A stretch of 64,000 nt of DNA. It comes from Candidatus Aminicenantes bacterium (GTDB lineage: Bacteria; Acidobacteriota; Aminicenantia; Aminicenantales; Saccharicenantaceae). A program made the translations under genes and the position numbers. The DNA lies in NCBI GenBank assembly GCA_041320535.1, contig JBGLNH010000001.1, positions 1,210,490 through 1,274,489 on the forward strand, in the 5' to 3' direction. Positions 26,220 through 39,373 of this stretch are shown one piece after another (the first letter of the stretch is position 1; each line of letters opens with the position of its first letter). The notes beneath the pieces were generated by a model that worked only from the letters and a program-made list of their open reading frames with translations, made no database searches and was not told the DNA's origin.

Positions 26220-26687
26220 TCAGCCGACCTTGGTGGTCAGGAAGATCGGCAGGCTCATCTGCTTGATCTGGTCCTGGACCTCCTCGATCGCGTCCATGTG
26301 CGCGTCCTCTTCGTTGAGGATCGTCTGGAGGAGGTCTCCGGTGGCCTGGTCCTTGACCTCGCCGGCCAGCGCGATGGCGTCGTTGTAGGCCTTGATGGCG
26401 CCTTCTTCGGCCTTGTGGTCGAAGGCGAACATCTTGGGCACGTCGCTGCCGATGAAGAGCGGCTTGAGCTCGCTGACGATGGGCAGGCCCTCGAGGAAGA
26501 GGATGCGGCCGATGAGCTTCTCGGCGTGCTTCATCTCGTCGATGGCCCGCTTCTCGATGGCCTTGTGGAGCTTCTCGTAGCCCCAGCCGTCGCACATCTC
26601 CGAGTGGACCATGTACTGGTTGATGGCCGTCAGCTCGTCGGCGAGCAGCGAGTTGAGGACCTTGATGAGTTTCGGGTTCCCTTTCAT
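26220..26687 (-). CDS. bfr: bacterioferritin
   Basis: ATG at 26687 after RBS AAGGAGG, within ORF 26220..27077. Reads MKGNPKLIKVLNSLLADELTAINQYMVHS..AIDEMKHAEKLI.. with ferroxidase and haem-Met motifs. Confidence 0.9.
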   Translation of the reverse strand: MKGNPKLIKVLNSLLADELTAINQYMVHSEMCDGWGYEKLHKAIEKRAIDEMKHAEKLIGRILFLEGLPIVSELKPLFIGSDVPKMFAFDHKAEEGAIKAYNDAIALAGEVKDQATGDLLQTILNEEDAHMDAIEEVQDQIKQMSLPIFLTTKVG

Positions 26688-26895
26688 GAGGCCTCCTTCG
26701 ATAGCGTTGTTTTCAGCGATGATCAGGGGAGACCATTCTAACGCCATCGCCCGGCAAAGGCAAGCCGGGGGGCCGGCCGGCCCGGGCGGGCCCCGGCGTA
26801 GAGGGACCTCGCCCGCCGGCCGGGGCCTCTCCTCCCCCGCTTGGGGGAGACCGGCCTTTTGGGATACAATGGCCCTCGCTACGAAGGAGGGACCC

Positions 26896-27195
26896 ATGAA
26901 ACGCTTCCTCGCCCTGGCCGCGATCGCCATCGTCCTTCTGACCGCGGCGGCCTGCGCGCCCGGGCCCAACAGCGCCGAGAAGACGGCGGACGCCGAAGGG
27001 CGGACGGCCGGCTTCTTCCTCGGCCTCTGGCACGGCTTCATCTCTCCGGTGACCTTCGTCGTCTCGGTCTTCAGCAAGAACGTCCGGCTCTACGAGGTCC
27101 ACAACAGCGGGACCTGGTATAACTTCGGCTTCGTCCTCGGGGCGGGCCTGTTCCTGAGCGGCGGCATCCTGGGGAGGAAGAAGAAGAAAGCCTGA
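26896..27195 (+). CDS. small lipoprotein/membrane protein, hypothetical
   Basis: ATG at 26896 after RBS GAAGGAGGG. Lipobox LLTAAAC, two hydrophobic segments, and a KKKKA tail. Confidence 0.6.
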   Translation: MKRFLALAAIAIVLLTAAACAPGPNSAEKTADAEGRTAGFFLGLWHGFISPVTFVVSVFSKNVRLYEVHNSGTWYNFGFVLGAGLFLSGGILGRKKKKA

Positions 27196-27197
27196 CC

Positions 27198-27920
27198 TTG
27201 CCGGAAGCGGTCGTCGGGATCGTCTTCGCCGCGGCCCTGCTGCGTTCGGCGATCGGCTTCGGCGACGCCGTCGTGGCCATGCCCCTGCTGACCATGGTCG
27301 TGGGGCTCAAGACGGCCTCGCCGATCGTGGCCTTCATGGGCCCGACGATCTCGCTCCTGATCCTGGCCCGGAGCTGGCGCAAGATCGAGTTCCGGTCGGC
27401 CGGCCGGCTCGTCGCGGCGACCCTCGTCGGCATCCCGGTCGGCATCTACGGCTTGGCCCGCTTGCCGGAGGAGCCGCTCAAGGTCCTGCTCGGGGTTCTC
27501 GTCCTGGGGTACGGGCTCTTCGGTCTCTGGAAGCCGGCGGCGCGCATCCGGGAGGAGAGGGCCTGGCTTCCCTGGTTCGTCGGCTTGACGGCGGGCGTCC
27601 TGGGCGGGGCCTACAACACCAACGGCCCGCCCGTCGTGGCCTACGGCATGCTCCGGGGCTGGCCCCCGGAGAGGTTCCGGGCGACGCTCCAGGGCTACTT
27701 CCTGCCGACAGGAGCGGCCATCCTGGCCGGCCACGGCCTGGCCGGGCTGTGGACGGGCGAGGTGCTGAGGGGTTACCTTTATTCTTTGCCGGCCATCGTC
27801 CTCGGCGTCGCGCTCGGCGGCCTCCTCCACCGCAAGCTGCCCCACGCGCTCTTCGCCAAGCTCGTCTACGTCACGCTCGCCGCGATGGGCGCGCTCCTGC
27901 TCTTCCGCTCGCTCGTCTAA
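27198..27920 (+). CDS. TauE/SafE (TSUP) family anion exporter
   Basis: 240 aa, multi-TM, with N-terminal ..LRSAIGFGDAVVAMPLL.. typical of the family. TTG start. Confidence 0.8.
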   Translation: MPEAVVGIVFAAALLRSAIGFGDAVVAMPLLTMVVGLKTASPIVAFMGPTISLLILARSWRKIEFRSAGRLVAATLVGIPVGIYGLARLPEEPLKVLLGVLVLGYGLFGLWKPAARIREERAWLPWFVGLTAGVLGGAYNTNGPPVVAYGMLRGWPPERFRATLQGYFLPTGAAILAGHGLAGLWTGEVLRGYLYSLPAIVLGVALGGLLHRKLPHALFAKLVYVTLAAMGALLLFRSLV

Positions 27921-27978
27921 GAGAGGGTCAGATCTACTTTTTACGCAAAAATGCGTAAAAAGTAGATCTGACCCTCTC
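27921..27978. terminator. 58-bp perfect palindrome (27-bp stem, AAAA loop), probable bidirectional terminator
   Basis: GAGAGGGTCAGATCTACTTTTTACGCA-aaaa-TGCGTAAAAAGTAGATCTGACCCTCTC, followed by TTGTTTTTTATT. It fills almost the whole 65-bp gap between two convergent genes. Confidence 0.6.
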
Positions 27979-27985
27979 TTGTTTT

Positions 27986-29514
<1,529 letters not shown>

Positions 29515-30039
29515 TTTTACACGCAGTGCGTCACCCGGGTCGAGCCGGCCCTGTGGGCCAAGATCCGGGCCAAGCTCCCCCGCGCCGTCTACAACGAGGC
29601 GGCCCGGACCGTGAGCCTGGTCCGGACCCCGCCGCCGCCGGGACGCGGCACGATCGTCGTCCTGACGGCCGGCACGTCGGACATCCCGGTGGCCGAGGAA
29701 GCGGCCGTGACCGCGGAGGCCCTGGGCAACGAGACCGAGCGGATCTACGACGTCGGCGTCGCCGGCATCCACCGCCTCTTCGGCCAGATCGACCGCATCC
29801 GCCGGGCCAGGGTCGTCATCGTCGTCGCCGGCATGGAAGGGGCCCTGCCGAGCGTCGTCGCCGGCCTGGTCAAGGTCCCCGTCGTCGCCGTGCCGACGAG
29901 CATCGGCTACGGGGCGAGCTTCAAGGGCGTGGCCGCGCTGCTGGCCATGCTCAACGCCTGCCCAGGCGGGGTTGCCGTCGTCAATATCGACAACGGCTTC
30001 GGGGCCGCGTTCCTGGCCAGCGTCATCAACCATCTCTAG
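29515..30039 (+). CDS. larB: LarB-type (PurE-like) nickel-pincer cofactor biosynthesis protein, 5'-truncated
   Basis: The frame is open from the poly-C run. Reads ..[27 protein letters not shown].., then [53 protein letters not shown]. Confidence 0.8.
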   Translation, partial: FYTQCVTRVEPALWAKIRAKLPRAVYNEAARTVSLVRTPPPPGRGTIVVLTAGTSDIPVAEEAAVTAEALGNETERIYDVGVAGIHRLFGQIDRIRRARVVIVVAGMEGALPSVVAGLVKVPVVAVPTSIGYGASFKGVAALLAMLNACPGGVAVVNIDNGFGAAFLASVINHL

Positions 30040-30105
30040 GGCATGGAAACGGGCGGGACCGTCCGAAAGAACAATAGATAGAACACCTTGACCTGGATCC
30101 TTCGC

Positions 30106-30224
30106 GGATCGAGGCGGCCCTCGGATGCGAGGCCCGAGGGGTGAGGCTGTACTCTTCGGTACTGCGAGCCCCGAGAACGAAGCAGACGGGGCCGGATCGG
30201 TTCGTCCGGAGGGCAAAAACGCCC
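30106..30224 (+). repeat. 119-bp repeat, copy A (inverted partner at 33857-33975)
   Basis: Hand alignment gives 104/119 identical with no indels, and the first 39 nt are identical. Contains hairpin CCCTCGG-n9-CCGAGGG. Confidence 0.8.
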
Positions 30225-30274
30225 TATCAAGGGCGCGATGGAGGAAAACGGGGCGTTTTTATGAATGGGCCAGG

Positions 30275-30303
30275 TTGACAAGGTGTGGCCTGGCCCCTAT
30301 ATT
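30275..30303 (+). promoter_or_regulatory. sigma70-type promoter, TTGACA-17 nt-TATATT, for dnaG-rpoD
   Basis: Hexamers at 30275-30280 and 30298-30303, 30 nt upstream of the dnaG ATG. Confidence 0.6.
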
Positions 30304-30333
30304 CTATGAGAACGCGCAGGCCGAAAAGCATTC

Positions 30334-32058
30334 ATGGAGATCATCGAGCAGGTCAGGCAGGCATCGTCCATCGTCGAGATCGCCTCCCAGTACACGACCC
30401 TCAAGCGCCGGGGCCGGAAGTGGGTCGGGCTTTGCCCCTTCCATACGGAAAAGACGCCTTCGTTCACTGTGGACGAGGAGAAACAGCTCTATCACTGCTT
30501 CGGCTGCGGCGTCGGCGGCGACATCTTCTCCCTGCTCATGGAGAGGGAGAACCTGACCTTCCCCGAGGCCCTCAAGTCCCTGGCCGAGAAATACCGCGTC
30601 CCCTTGCCCGCCCAGCAGCGGGTCCGGCCCGAGGTCCTGAAGCTCGAGGAGAAGCTTTTCAAGATCAACGAGCTGGCCCTCGGCTTCTTCCGCAAGAGCC
30701 TCCACAACACCGCGGAGGGCAAGAAGGCCCTCGCCTACCTCGAGAAGCGCGGGCTCTCGGACGAGACCGTCCAGACCCTCAAGATCGGCTACGCGCCCAA
30801 CGCCTGGACGGCGCTCCTCGATTTCTTCAAGTCGAAGGACGTTCCCGTCCCGCTGCTCGAGAAGGGCGGGCTCGTGCTGCCCGGCTCCCGGGCGGGTGAA
30901 TTCCGCGACCGCTTCCGCGGCCGGGTCATCTTCCCGATCTTCAGCCTGACCGGCCGGGTCGTCGCCTTCGGCGGGCGGACGGTCGTCGAGGCCGAGCCGA
31001 AGTACCTCAATTCCCCCGAGACGCCGCTGTACACGAAGGGCAAGCTCCTCTACGGCCTGAACTTCGCCAAGGACGCGATCCGGGAGGCCGGGGCGGCCGT
31101 CCTCGTCGAGGGCTACACGGACTTTTCGGCCCTCTACCAGGCCGGGATCCGCAACGTCGTCGCCTCGCTGGGCACGGCCCTCACGGCCTGGCAGGTCGGG
31201 CAGACCATGCGCTTCGCCTCGCGGATGATCGTCAATTACGACGGCGACAGCGCCGGGCGGGCGGCCGCGGCGCGAGCGGTGCCGCTCGGCTTCGAGAAAG
31301 GCCTCAACGTCGAGGTCCTGGTCCTGCCCGACGATCTCGATCCCGACGCCTTCATCAAGAAGCACGGCCGGGACCGCTACCTGGCCCTGATGAAGCGGAC
31401 CGTCCCCGGGATCGATTTCCTGATCGATTCGCTCGTCAAGGGCGTCGCGATGTCCGTGCCCGAGGAAAAGGGCCGCGTGGCCCGGGCCGTCGTCAAGGAG
31501 ATCGAGAAGGTCCCCGATCCCGTGGCCCGGAGCGAATACCTCCGGCGGGCCAGCCAGAGGCTCGGCGTCGGCGAGGACCTCCTGCGCAACATCGTCGAGA
31601 ACAGGGCGCCGGCCAAGGGCCCCGAGGACGCCGGCCTCTTCTGCCCGGCGGAGAAGCGTCTCTTCCAGATCCTGATGGGCGACCGCTCCATCGCGCCCGA
31701 CGTCTTCGCCGAGTGCGGCGGGGAGATCTTCGAGGGGCTGAAGACCGAGCCGGTGTTCCAGTACATCCTGGACTGCTTCCAGAACGACCGCGAGTGGAGC
31801 TTTCCGGAGCTCCAGGGCAAGGTCCCCCCGGGCCTGCTGTCCCTGCTGGCCAGGGCGCTGTTCGAGAAGGCCTTGCCGGGAACGGTCGAAGAGGCCCAGG
31901 AATGCCTGAAATCGCTCCGCAAGCTCCACCTCCAGAACCGGCTCAAGGACATCCAGAGGAAGATCACCCGCACGGAGAAGCAGGGGGAGATGGAGCAGCT
32001 CGTCGACCTGCTCTACCAGAGACAGGACATCACCAAGCAGATCCTGTCGATCACATGA
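30334..32058 (+). CDS. dnaG: DNA primase
   Basis: 574 aa. Zinc-finger CPFHTEKTPSFTV..YHCFGCGVGGD and TOPRIM motifs (EGYTD, DGDSAG). Confidence 0.9.
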   Translation: MEIIEQVRQASSIVEIASQYTTLKRRGRKWVGLCPFHTEKTPSFTVDEEKQLYHCFGCGVGGDIFSLLMERENLTFPEALKSLAEKYRVPLPAQQRVRPEVLKLEEKLFKINELALGFFRKSLHNTAEGKKALAYLEKRGLSDETVQTLKIGYAPNAWTALLDFFKSKDVPVPLLEKGGLVLPGSRAGEFRDRFRGRVIFPIFSLTGRVVAFGGRTVVEAEPKYLNSPETPLYTKGKLLYGLNFAKDAIREAGAAVLVEGYTDFSALYQAGIRNVVASLGTALTAWQVGQTMRFASRMIVNYDGDSAGRAAAARAVPLGFEKGLNVEVLVLPDDLDPDAFIKKHGRDRYLALMKRTVPGIDFLIDSLVKGVAMSVPEEKGRVARAVVKEIEKVPDPVARSEYLRRASQRLGVGEDLLRNIVENRAPAKGPEDAGLFCPAEKRLFQILMGDRSIAPDVFAECGGEIFEGLKTEPVFQYILDCFQNDREWSFPELQGKVPPGLLSLLARALFEKALPGTVEEAQECLKSLRKLHLQNRLKDIQRKITRTEKQGEMEQLVDLLYQRQDITKQILSIT

Positions 32059-32082
32059 CGAGGACAACCATGGACGAAAGAG

Positions 32083-33711
<1,629 letters not shown>

Positions 33712-33726
33712 GCCCCCTTCTCGCCC

Positions 33727-33775
33727 GGCCGCGGAGGGGTCTCGGGGATCGCCTCCGTTCGCTGCGGCCTTTTTT
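33727..33775. terminator. rho-independent terminator after rpoD (usable in both directions)
   Basis: GGCCGCGGAGG...CCTCCG..GCGGCC followed by TTTTTT at 33770-33775. An A-run lies on the other side. Confidence 0.6.
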
Positions 33776-33856
33776 CGGGTTCTTCTCCCATTTCCGGGAT
33801 ACCCTCTCGAGGCGGGGAGGGAATTGGCCTCGCTTTTCTCCATCTCACTTTTTCTT

Positions 33857-33975
33857 GGGCGTTTATTCCCTCCGGGCGAGCCGGTTCGGTCCCATCGGCA
33901 TCGTTCTCGGGGTTCGCAGTACCAAAGAGTGTAGCTTCACCCCTCGGGCCTCGCATCCGAGGGCCGCCTCGATCC
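33857..33975 (-). repeat. 119-bp repeat, copy B (inverted relative to copy A)
   Basis: The reverse complement aligns base-for-base with 30106-30224 (15 substitutions). Confidence 0.8.
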
Positions 33976-33993
33976 GTGATCGGTTCAGGCTAA

Positions 33994-34022
33994 TTGACGC
34001 GTCTTCAATATTTTGTTATAAA
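33994..34022 (+). promoter_or_regulatory. sigma70-type promoter, TTGACG-17 nt-TATAAA, for the tRNA
   Basis: Hexamers at 33994-33999 and 34017-34022 in a local AT-rich patch. The tRNA starts 11 nt downstream. Confidence 0.6.
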
Positions 34023-34032
34023 GGGGGGCCGA

Positions 34033-34106
34033 GGGCCTATAGCTCAGTGGTAGAGCTACCGGCTCATAACCGGCAGGTCCCAGGTTCGAATCCTGGTAGG
34101 CCCACC
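34033..34106 (+). tRNA. tRNA with CAU anticodon (elongator Met, or Ile2 if lysidine-modified)
   Basis: Manual cloverleaf: acceptor GGGCCTA/TAGGCCC, D arm GCTC/GAGC, anticodon loop CTCATAA, T arm CCAGG-TTCGAAT-CCTGG. G1-C72 pairs, so it is not an initiator. Confidence 0.9.
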
Positions 34107-34133
34107 GAGCGCGAGCATGAGGAACGAGGGATT

Positions 34134-34877
34134 GTGGACATCGACTTCGATCTGATCATCGAGCTCCAGAGGCTCGACGCCGACATCCACAACGCTTCCC
34201 TCGTCCTCGAGGGCATCCCCCGCCTGGCCCAGGACGTCGACAAGCGCATCGAATCGACGATCCGGCTCGTGGCCGACGCCAAGGACAAGATGGCCCGGAA
34301 CCAGAAGAAGCGCCGCGACCTCGAGAACGAGGTCAAGGACCTGAAGGTCCAGATCGGCAAATACAAGCGCCAGCTGAACGAGGTCAAGACGAACAAGGAG
34401 TACACGGCCCTCCTCCGCGAGATCGAGGAGACCCAGAACAAGGTCGACGCCCTCGAGGAGGCCATCATCGCCGAGATGCTGTCCGCCGACGACGTCGAGG
34501 AGGAGATCAAGGCGGCGCTGCACCGGCAGGCCCAGGAAGAGGACGTCCTCAAGAAGGAGAAGATCGTCCTCGACGAGAAGCTCAAGGAGACCGAGGCCCG
34601 CTTCGCCGCGCTGAACAGGGAGCGGGAGGCCATCCTGCCCCGCATCCCCCGCGACCCGATGAGGCTCTACGAGGCCATATTCCAGAAGAAGGGCGGCACG
34701 GCCCTCTCCCCCGTCACGGGCGACTTCTGCGCCATGTGCCACATGCGCGTCCGCCCGCAGATGCTCAACGAGATCCGCGACAAGACCGCGGTCATCCTCT
34801 GCGAGAACTGCGGCCGCATCCTCTACCTCCCGGCCAAGCCGGAGCCGGTCAAGCCCAAGCCGGAAGCCGCGGACTAG
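34134..34877 (+). CDS. coiled-coil protein with C-terminal C4 zinc ribbon (DUF164/COG1579-like)
   Basis: GTG at 34134 in the frame of ORF 33165..34877. Long heptad-rich region, then CAMCHMRV...CENCGRILY. Confidence 0.75.
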   Translation: MDIDFDLIIELQRLDADIHNASLVLEGIPRLAQDVDKRIESTIRLVADAKDKMARNQKKRRDLENEVKDLKVQIGKYKRQLNEVKTNKEYTALLREIEETQNKVDALEEAIIAEMLSADDVEEEIKAALHRQAQEEDVLKKEKIVLDEKLKETEARFAALNREREAILPRIPRDPMRLYEAIFQKKGGTALSPVTGDFCAMCHMRVRPQMLNEIRDKTAVILCENCGRILYLPAKPEPVKPKPEAAD

Positions 34878-34889
34878 CCCCCGCCGGCC

Positions 34890-36446
34890 TCAGCCGACGT
34901 TCCCCCCGTCCTCGCGCATGCTCTCCGCGTCCTCCCTGTAGAGGGCGTCGATCAGGGCCTGGTGGGCCGACGTGACATTGGCCCGGCGGACTTTCAGGGA
35001 GGGCGTGATCTCGCCCCTCTCGATCTCGAAGTCGCGCGGCAGGACGACGATCCTCTTGATCCGCTCGTAGGAGGCCAGATGGGGGGTGGCCTTGTCGACC
35101 TCGGCCTTGAGGAAGTCGACGATCCGCCTGTCGCGGACGAGGTCCTCCATGTCGCCGGCGATGCCCTGGCCCGCGGCGTACTCCTTGATCTTGTCGAAAT
35201 GGGGCACGATCAGGGCCGAGACGAATCGCCGGCGGTCGCCGATGACCACCGCGTTGGCGACGTAGGGGCTCGTCTTGAGCAGGTTCTCGATGGGCTGAGG
35301 GGCGATGTTCTTGCCGCCCGAGGTGATGATGAGGTCCTTCTTGCGGTCGGTGATGACCAGGAAGCCGTCCCCGTCGAAGCGGCCGATATCGCCCGTCTTG
35401 AACCAGCCGTTCTCGAAGACCTCGCGCGTCTCCGCCTCCTTCTTGTGGTAGCCCTTCATGATGTTCGGGCCGCGGGCCAGGATCTCGCCGTCGGCCGCGA
35501 TCTTGACCTCGACGCCGGGGACGACCTTGCCGACCGTCCCCAGGCGAGTGGCCTCGAACGTGTTGATGGAGATGACCGGGGAGGTCTCGGTCAGCCCGTA
35601 GCCCTCGAGGACGGTGAGGCCGATGGCGAAGAAGAACTCGGCGATGTCCTTGGAGAGCGGCGCGCCGCCGGAGACGAAGAGGCGGACACGGCCGCCCGTC
35701 TTGGCGATGATCTTGGAGAAGACCAGCTTCGCGGCGATCTTGCGGCGGAAGGCCAGGCCCCCGGGCACAGGCTTCCCCTCGAGCATGAGGGCCGCGCAGG
35801 ACTTGCCGACCTTGAGCGCCCAGAAAAAGATCTTCCGGCGCAGGGCCGGGCTGGCCAGGACCTGGTCCATGACCTTGGTGTAGATCTTCTCGAAGACCCG
35901 GGGGACGCTGACCATGAGATGGGGACGGACTTCGACGAGGTTCTGGGCCACGGCCTCGACGCTCTCGGCGTAGGCGACCGTCGAGCCCCGGTACATATAG
36001 GTGAACATGACCATCCGCTCGAGGACGTGGGACAGCGGCAGGAAGGACAGGGCCGTGTCCTCGGCGGTGATCCGGATGATGTCCGCGGCCGTCCTGATGT
36101 TGCTGACGAGGTTGTCGTGCGTCAGGATGACGCCCTTGGGCACGCCCGTGGTCCCGGACGTATAGATCAGCGTCGCTTCGTCCTCCGGCTTGACCCGGGC
36201 GACCATCTCCTCGAACAGCTTCGGCTCGGCCTCCGCCAGGGCCCGGCCCTTGTCCTGGACGGCCTTCATGGTGAGGACCCCGGCCGGGGCCTCGTCGGCG
36301 AACGTGATGTAGTGCTTGACCTTCGCCAGCCCGGGGCGGAGCGGCTCGACCTTCTTCCACATGTCGGGATTCGAGACGACGACGACCGCGGCGTCGGAAT
36401 CCTCGATGATGTAGCGGATCTGCTCGGAAACGAGCGTCGTCGCCAG
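34890..36446 (-). CDS. long-chain acyl-CoA synthetase (AMP-binding), lacking about its first 100 codons
   Basis: Part of the 1273-aa ORF 34890..38711. Begins ..LATTLVSEQIRYIIEDSDA, then the AMP motif YTSGTTGVPKGV, GYGLTE, and TGDIGRFDGDGFLVITDRKKD. Confidence 0.8.
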   Translation of the reverse strand: MATTLVSEQIRYIIEDSDAAVVVVSNPDMWKKVEPLRPGLAKVKHYITFADEAPAGVLTMKAVQDKGRALAEAEPKLFEEMVARVKPEDEATLIYTSGTTGVPKGVILTHDNLVSNIRTAADIIRITAEDTALSFLPLSHVLERMVMFTYMYRGSTVAYAESVEAVAQNLVEVRPHLMVSVPRVFEKIYTKVMDQVLASPALRRKIFFWALKVGKSCAALMLEGKPVPGGLAFRRKIAAKLVFSKIIAKTGGRVRLFVSGGAPLSKDIAEFFFAIGLTVLEGYGLTETSPVISINTFEATRLGTVGKVVPGVEVKIAADGEILARGPNIMKGYHKKEAETREVFENGWFKTGDIGRFDGDGFLVITDRKKDLIITSGGKNIAPQPIENLLKTSPYVANAVVIGDRRRFVSALIVPHFDKIKEYAAGQGIAGDMEDLVRDRRIVDFLKAEVDKATPHLASYERIKRIVVLPRDFEIERGEITPSLKVRRANVTSAHQALIDALYREDAESMREDGGNVG

Positions 36447-37925
36447 CTTCTTGCGGACGAAGTAGACCGGGATCCCCAGCAGGACGATGAGCAGCCCTGG
36501 GAACGTGTACTTCGTCTTGAAGACGAGCAGGTCGACGGCGATGGCCGCCGCGACCAGGACGTAGAGCGCGGGCACGACCGGATAGCCCCAGGCCTTGTAG
36601 GGCCTCTCCCACTCGGGGCGCTTTTTCCGCAGGATGAAGATCCCCGAGACGACCAGGACGAAGAAGATGAGCACGGCGAAGATGACGTAGTCGAGAAGGT
36701 CGCTGTAGGTGCCGCTCAGGCACAGGAGCGAGGCCCAGACGGCCTGGACGACGAGGGCCGTGCCGGGAACGGACTTCCTGTTGAGCCGGCCCGTGGCCTT
36801 GAAGAACAGCCCGTCCTGGGCCATGGCGTAATAGACCCGGGCCCCGGCGAGGATCTGGCCGTTGCTGCAGCCGAAGGTCGAGATCATGATCATCACGGCC
36901 ATGATGACCGCCGCGGGGGCCCCGAAGATCATCTCCGCGGCCGCCGTCCCGACCCGGTCGAACTGGGCGAACTGGATGCCCCGGCCGAGGACGTCGGCCG
37001 CTTCGGGAACGCCCTGAACGGGGAGAGTGACGACATACGCCAGGTTGGCCAGGAAATAGAGGAAGATGACGATCCCGGCCCCGAGGACGAGGCTCAGGGG
37101 GATGTTCCGCCGGGGGTTCTTGACCTCGCCGGCGATGTAGGTGACCTGGTACCACGAGTCCGAGGCGAAGAGCGAGCCGACCATGGCCGCCCCGACCGCG
37201 GCCAGGACCATCAGCCCGGAGAGCGGCTCGACCGACGCGATCCGGCCGTCGGCCATATGGGTCCAGCTCGCCTTCCAGAAGTTGGCCAGGTTGGCCTTGA
37301 TGGCCACGGCGTTGGCCCCGACGACGAACCCGAGCAGGATGAGTCCGGCGAGCGCGACCGTCTTGGTCACCGTGAAGACGCCCTGGATCATCTTCCCCGT
37401 GCGCAGGCCGCGCATGTTGAGGGCGGTCAGGACGATGATGCAGGCGATGGCCAGCAGCTGGGCGGCCGAGATCCTCAGGCCGAGCACCGTGGCCAGGATA
37501 TGGGTCTCGCTGAACCAGGGGATGAGCAGGCCGGTGAACTTGGCGAACGCGACGCAGATCGCCGCGATGGTCCCGGTCTGGATGACGAGGAAGGTCGTCC
37601 AGCCGTAGAGGAACCCGACGAGCGGATTGTAGGCCTCCCGGAGATAGACGTAGAGACCGCCGGCCTGGGGCATCATGCCGGCCAGCTCGCCGTAGCTCAG
37701 GGCCCCGATCACGGTGACGACGCCGGTGACGAGCCAGACGATGAGCAGGAGGCCGGGCGAGCCGACCGTCCGGGCGATGTCGGCGCTGACGATGAAGATG
37801 CCCGAGCCGATCATGGCCCCCATGACGATCATCATGGCGTCGAAGAGCGACATCTCGCGCTTGAAGCCGGCGGGCTCGGAGGGGGTGACGGGAGCGGGGG
37901 CGGGCGCCTCGGCGGGCTCGGTCAC
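36447..37925 (-). CDS. APC-family amino acid permease (no stop of its own; reads into the acyl-CoA synthetase fragment)
   Basis: GTG at 37925 after RBS GAGGAGG. ..[15 protein letters not shown].., about 12 TM helices, ends ..[10 protein letters not shown]. Confidence 0.8.
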
Positions 37926-39373
37926 GGGCGCCTCCTCAGCTTGCTCTTGCGGATGCCGTAGGTGAAGTAGATGAGAAGGCCGAGGGCCATCCAGGCCAGC
38001 AGCCGGAGCCACGTGTCCAGGGGCAGGTTGAACATCAGGTAGAGGCAGGACAGGATGCCCAGGACGGGCACGAAGGGGACGAAAGGCGTCTTGAACGGCC
38101 GGGGGATGTCGGGCCGCGTGTAGCGCAGGACGAGGACCGCGCCGCAGACGATGGCGAAGGCGAAGAGCGTCCCGATCGAGACCAGCTCGCCGACGATGCC
38201 CATGGGCAGGAGCGATGCGGCGACGCCCACGACCAGGCCCGTGGCGATGGTCGTGACGTGGGGCGTGCCGTGCTTGGGGTGGACCTTGGCCGCGGCCGGC
38301 GGCAGGAGCCCGTCCTTGGCCATGGTGAAGAAGATCCGCGGCTGGCCGATGAGCTGGACCATCATGACCGACATCAGGCCGACGATGGCCGCGATCTTGA
38401 CCAGGGGCGAGAGCCAGAACAGCCGCATGGAGTCGATGGCCACGGCCACGGGGGCCGGGACGTTGAGCTCGGTGTAGGGCACGACGCCGGTCAGGACGAG
38501 CGAGAAGACGATGTAGAGGGCGGTGCAGGCGAAGAGCGAGCCGAGGATGCCGATGGGCATGTCGCGCTTGGGGTTCCGGGCCTCCTGGGCGGCCGTCGAG
38601 ACGGCGTCGAAGCCGAGGTAGGCGAAGAACATGATCCCCGCGCCCCGGATGACGCCGCTGACGCCGAAGAAGCCGGGCTGGCCGGTGTTCGGCGGGATGA
38701 ACGGCTTCCACAGCTCCGGCTTGATGAAGAACAGGCCGGCCCCGATGAAGACGAGGATGATGCCGATCTTGAGGAAGACGATGATCGAGTTGACCGTCGC
38801 CGATTCCTTGATGCCCCGGACGAGGACGTAGGTGATGAGGGCGATGACCAGAGCGGCGGGAAGGTTGACGATCGCGCCGGTCCTCGTCCAGTCCCCCGTC
38901 TGGGGATCGAAGGCGTAGGGAGCCTGGGCGAGGGCCGCGGGGAAATCGATCCCGATCCCCTTGAGGAAGCTGACGACGTAGCCCGACCAGCCGATGGCCA
39001 CGGTCGTCGCGCCCAGCGAGTATTCGAGGATGAGGTCCCAGCCGATGATCCAGGCGAAGATCTCGCCCAGCGTCGAGTAGGCGTAGGTGTAGGCGCTGCC
39101 GGCGATGGGGATGAGCGAGGCGAACTCGGCGTAGCAGAGGCCGGCGAAGGCGCAGGTCAGGCCGGCCAGCATGAAGGACAGGGTGACGGCCGGGCCCGCG
39201 TACTGGGCCGCGGCGTGGCCGGTGATGACGAAGATGCCGGCCCCGACGATGGCCCCCACGCCGAGGAAGATGAGGTGCCAGGGTCCGAGGACGCGCTTGA
39301 GGCCGGAGGCGTCGGACGAGGCCTCCTGCGACAGTTGCTCGAGGCTTTTCGTGGCGAACAGGACGCTTTTCAT
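37922..39373 (-). CDS. APC-family (cationic-type) amino acid permease
   Basis: 483 aa, ..[17 protein letters not shown].. Its stop overlaps the downstream GTG (GTGA at 37922-37925). Confidence 0.85.
   Translation of the reverse strand: MKSVLFATKSLEQLSQEASSDASGLKRVLGPWHLIFLGVGAIVGAGIFVITGHAAAQYAGPAVTLSFMLAGLTCAFAGLCYAEFASLIPIAGSAYTYAYSTLGEIFAWIIGWDLILEYSLGATTVAIGWSGYVVSFLKGIGIDFPAALAQAPYAFDPQTGDWTRTGAIVNLPAALVIALITYVLVRGIKESATVNSIIVFLKIGIILVFIGAGLFFIKPELWKPFIPPNTGQPGFFGVSGVIRGAGIMFFAYLGFDAVSTAAQEARNPKRDMPIGILGSLFACTALYIVFSLVLTGVVPYTELNVPAPVAVAIDSMRLFWLSPLVKIAAIVGLMSVMMVQLIGQPRIFFTMAKDGLLPPAAAKVHPKHGTPHVTTIATGLVVGVAASLLPMGIVGELVSIGTLFAFAIVCGAVLVLRYTRPDIPRPFKTPFVPFVPVLGILSCLYLMFNLPLDTWLRLLAWMALGLLIYFTYGIRKSKLRRRP

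Noticed and set aside
26688-26730. Possible Fur box (GATAGCGTTGTTTTCAGCGATGATCAG) between bfr and the divergent lipoprotein gene.
   Set aside because: It resembles the 19-bp Fur consensus only loosely. I cannot score it without a matrix, and it is not strong enough to annotate.
34890-38711. A single 1273-aa protein.
   Set aside because: Its first ~260 residues are an alternative frame over the upstream permease gene. A GTG with a strong RBS at 37925 starts a normal permease. The C-terminal half is a truncated acyl-CoA synthetase joined at a breakpoint.
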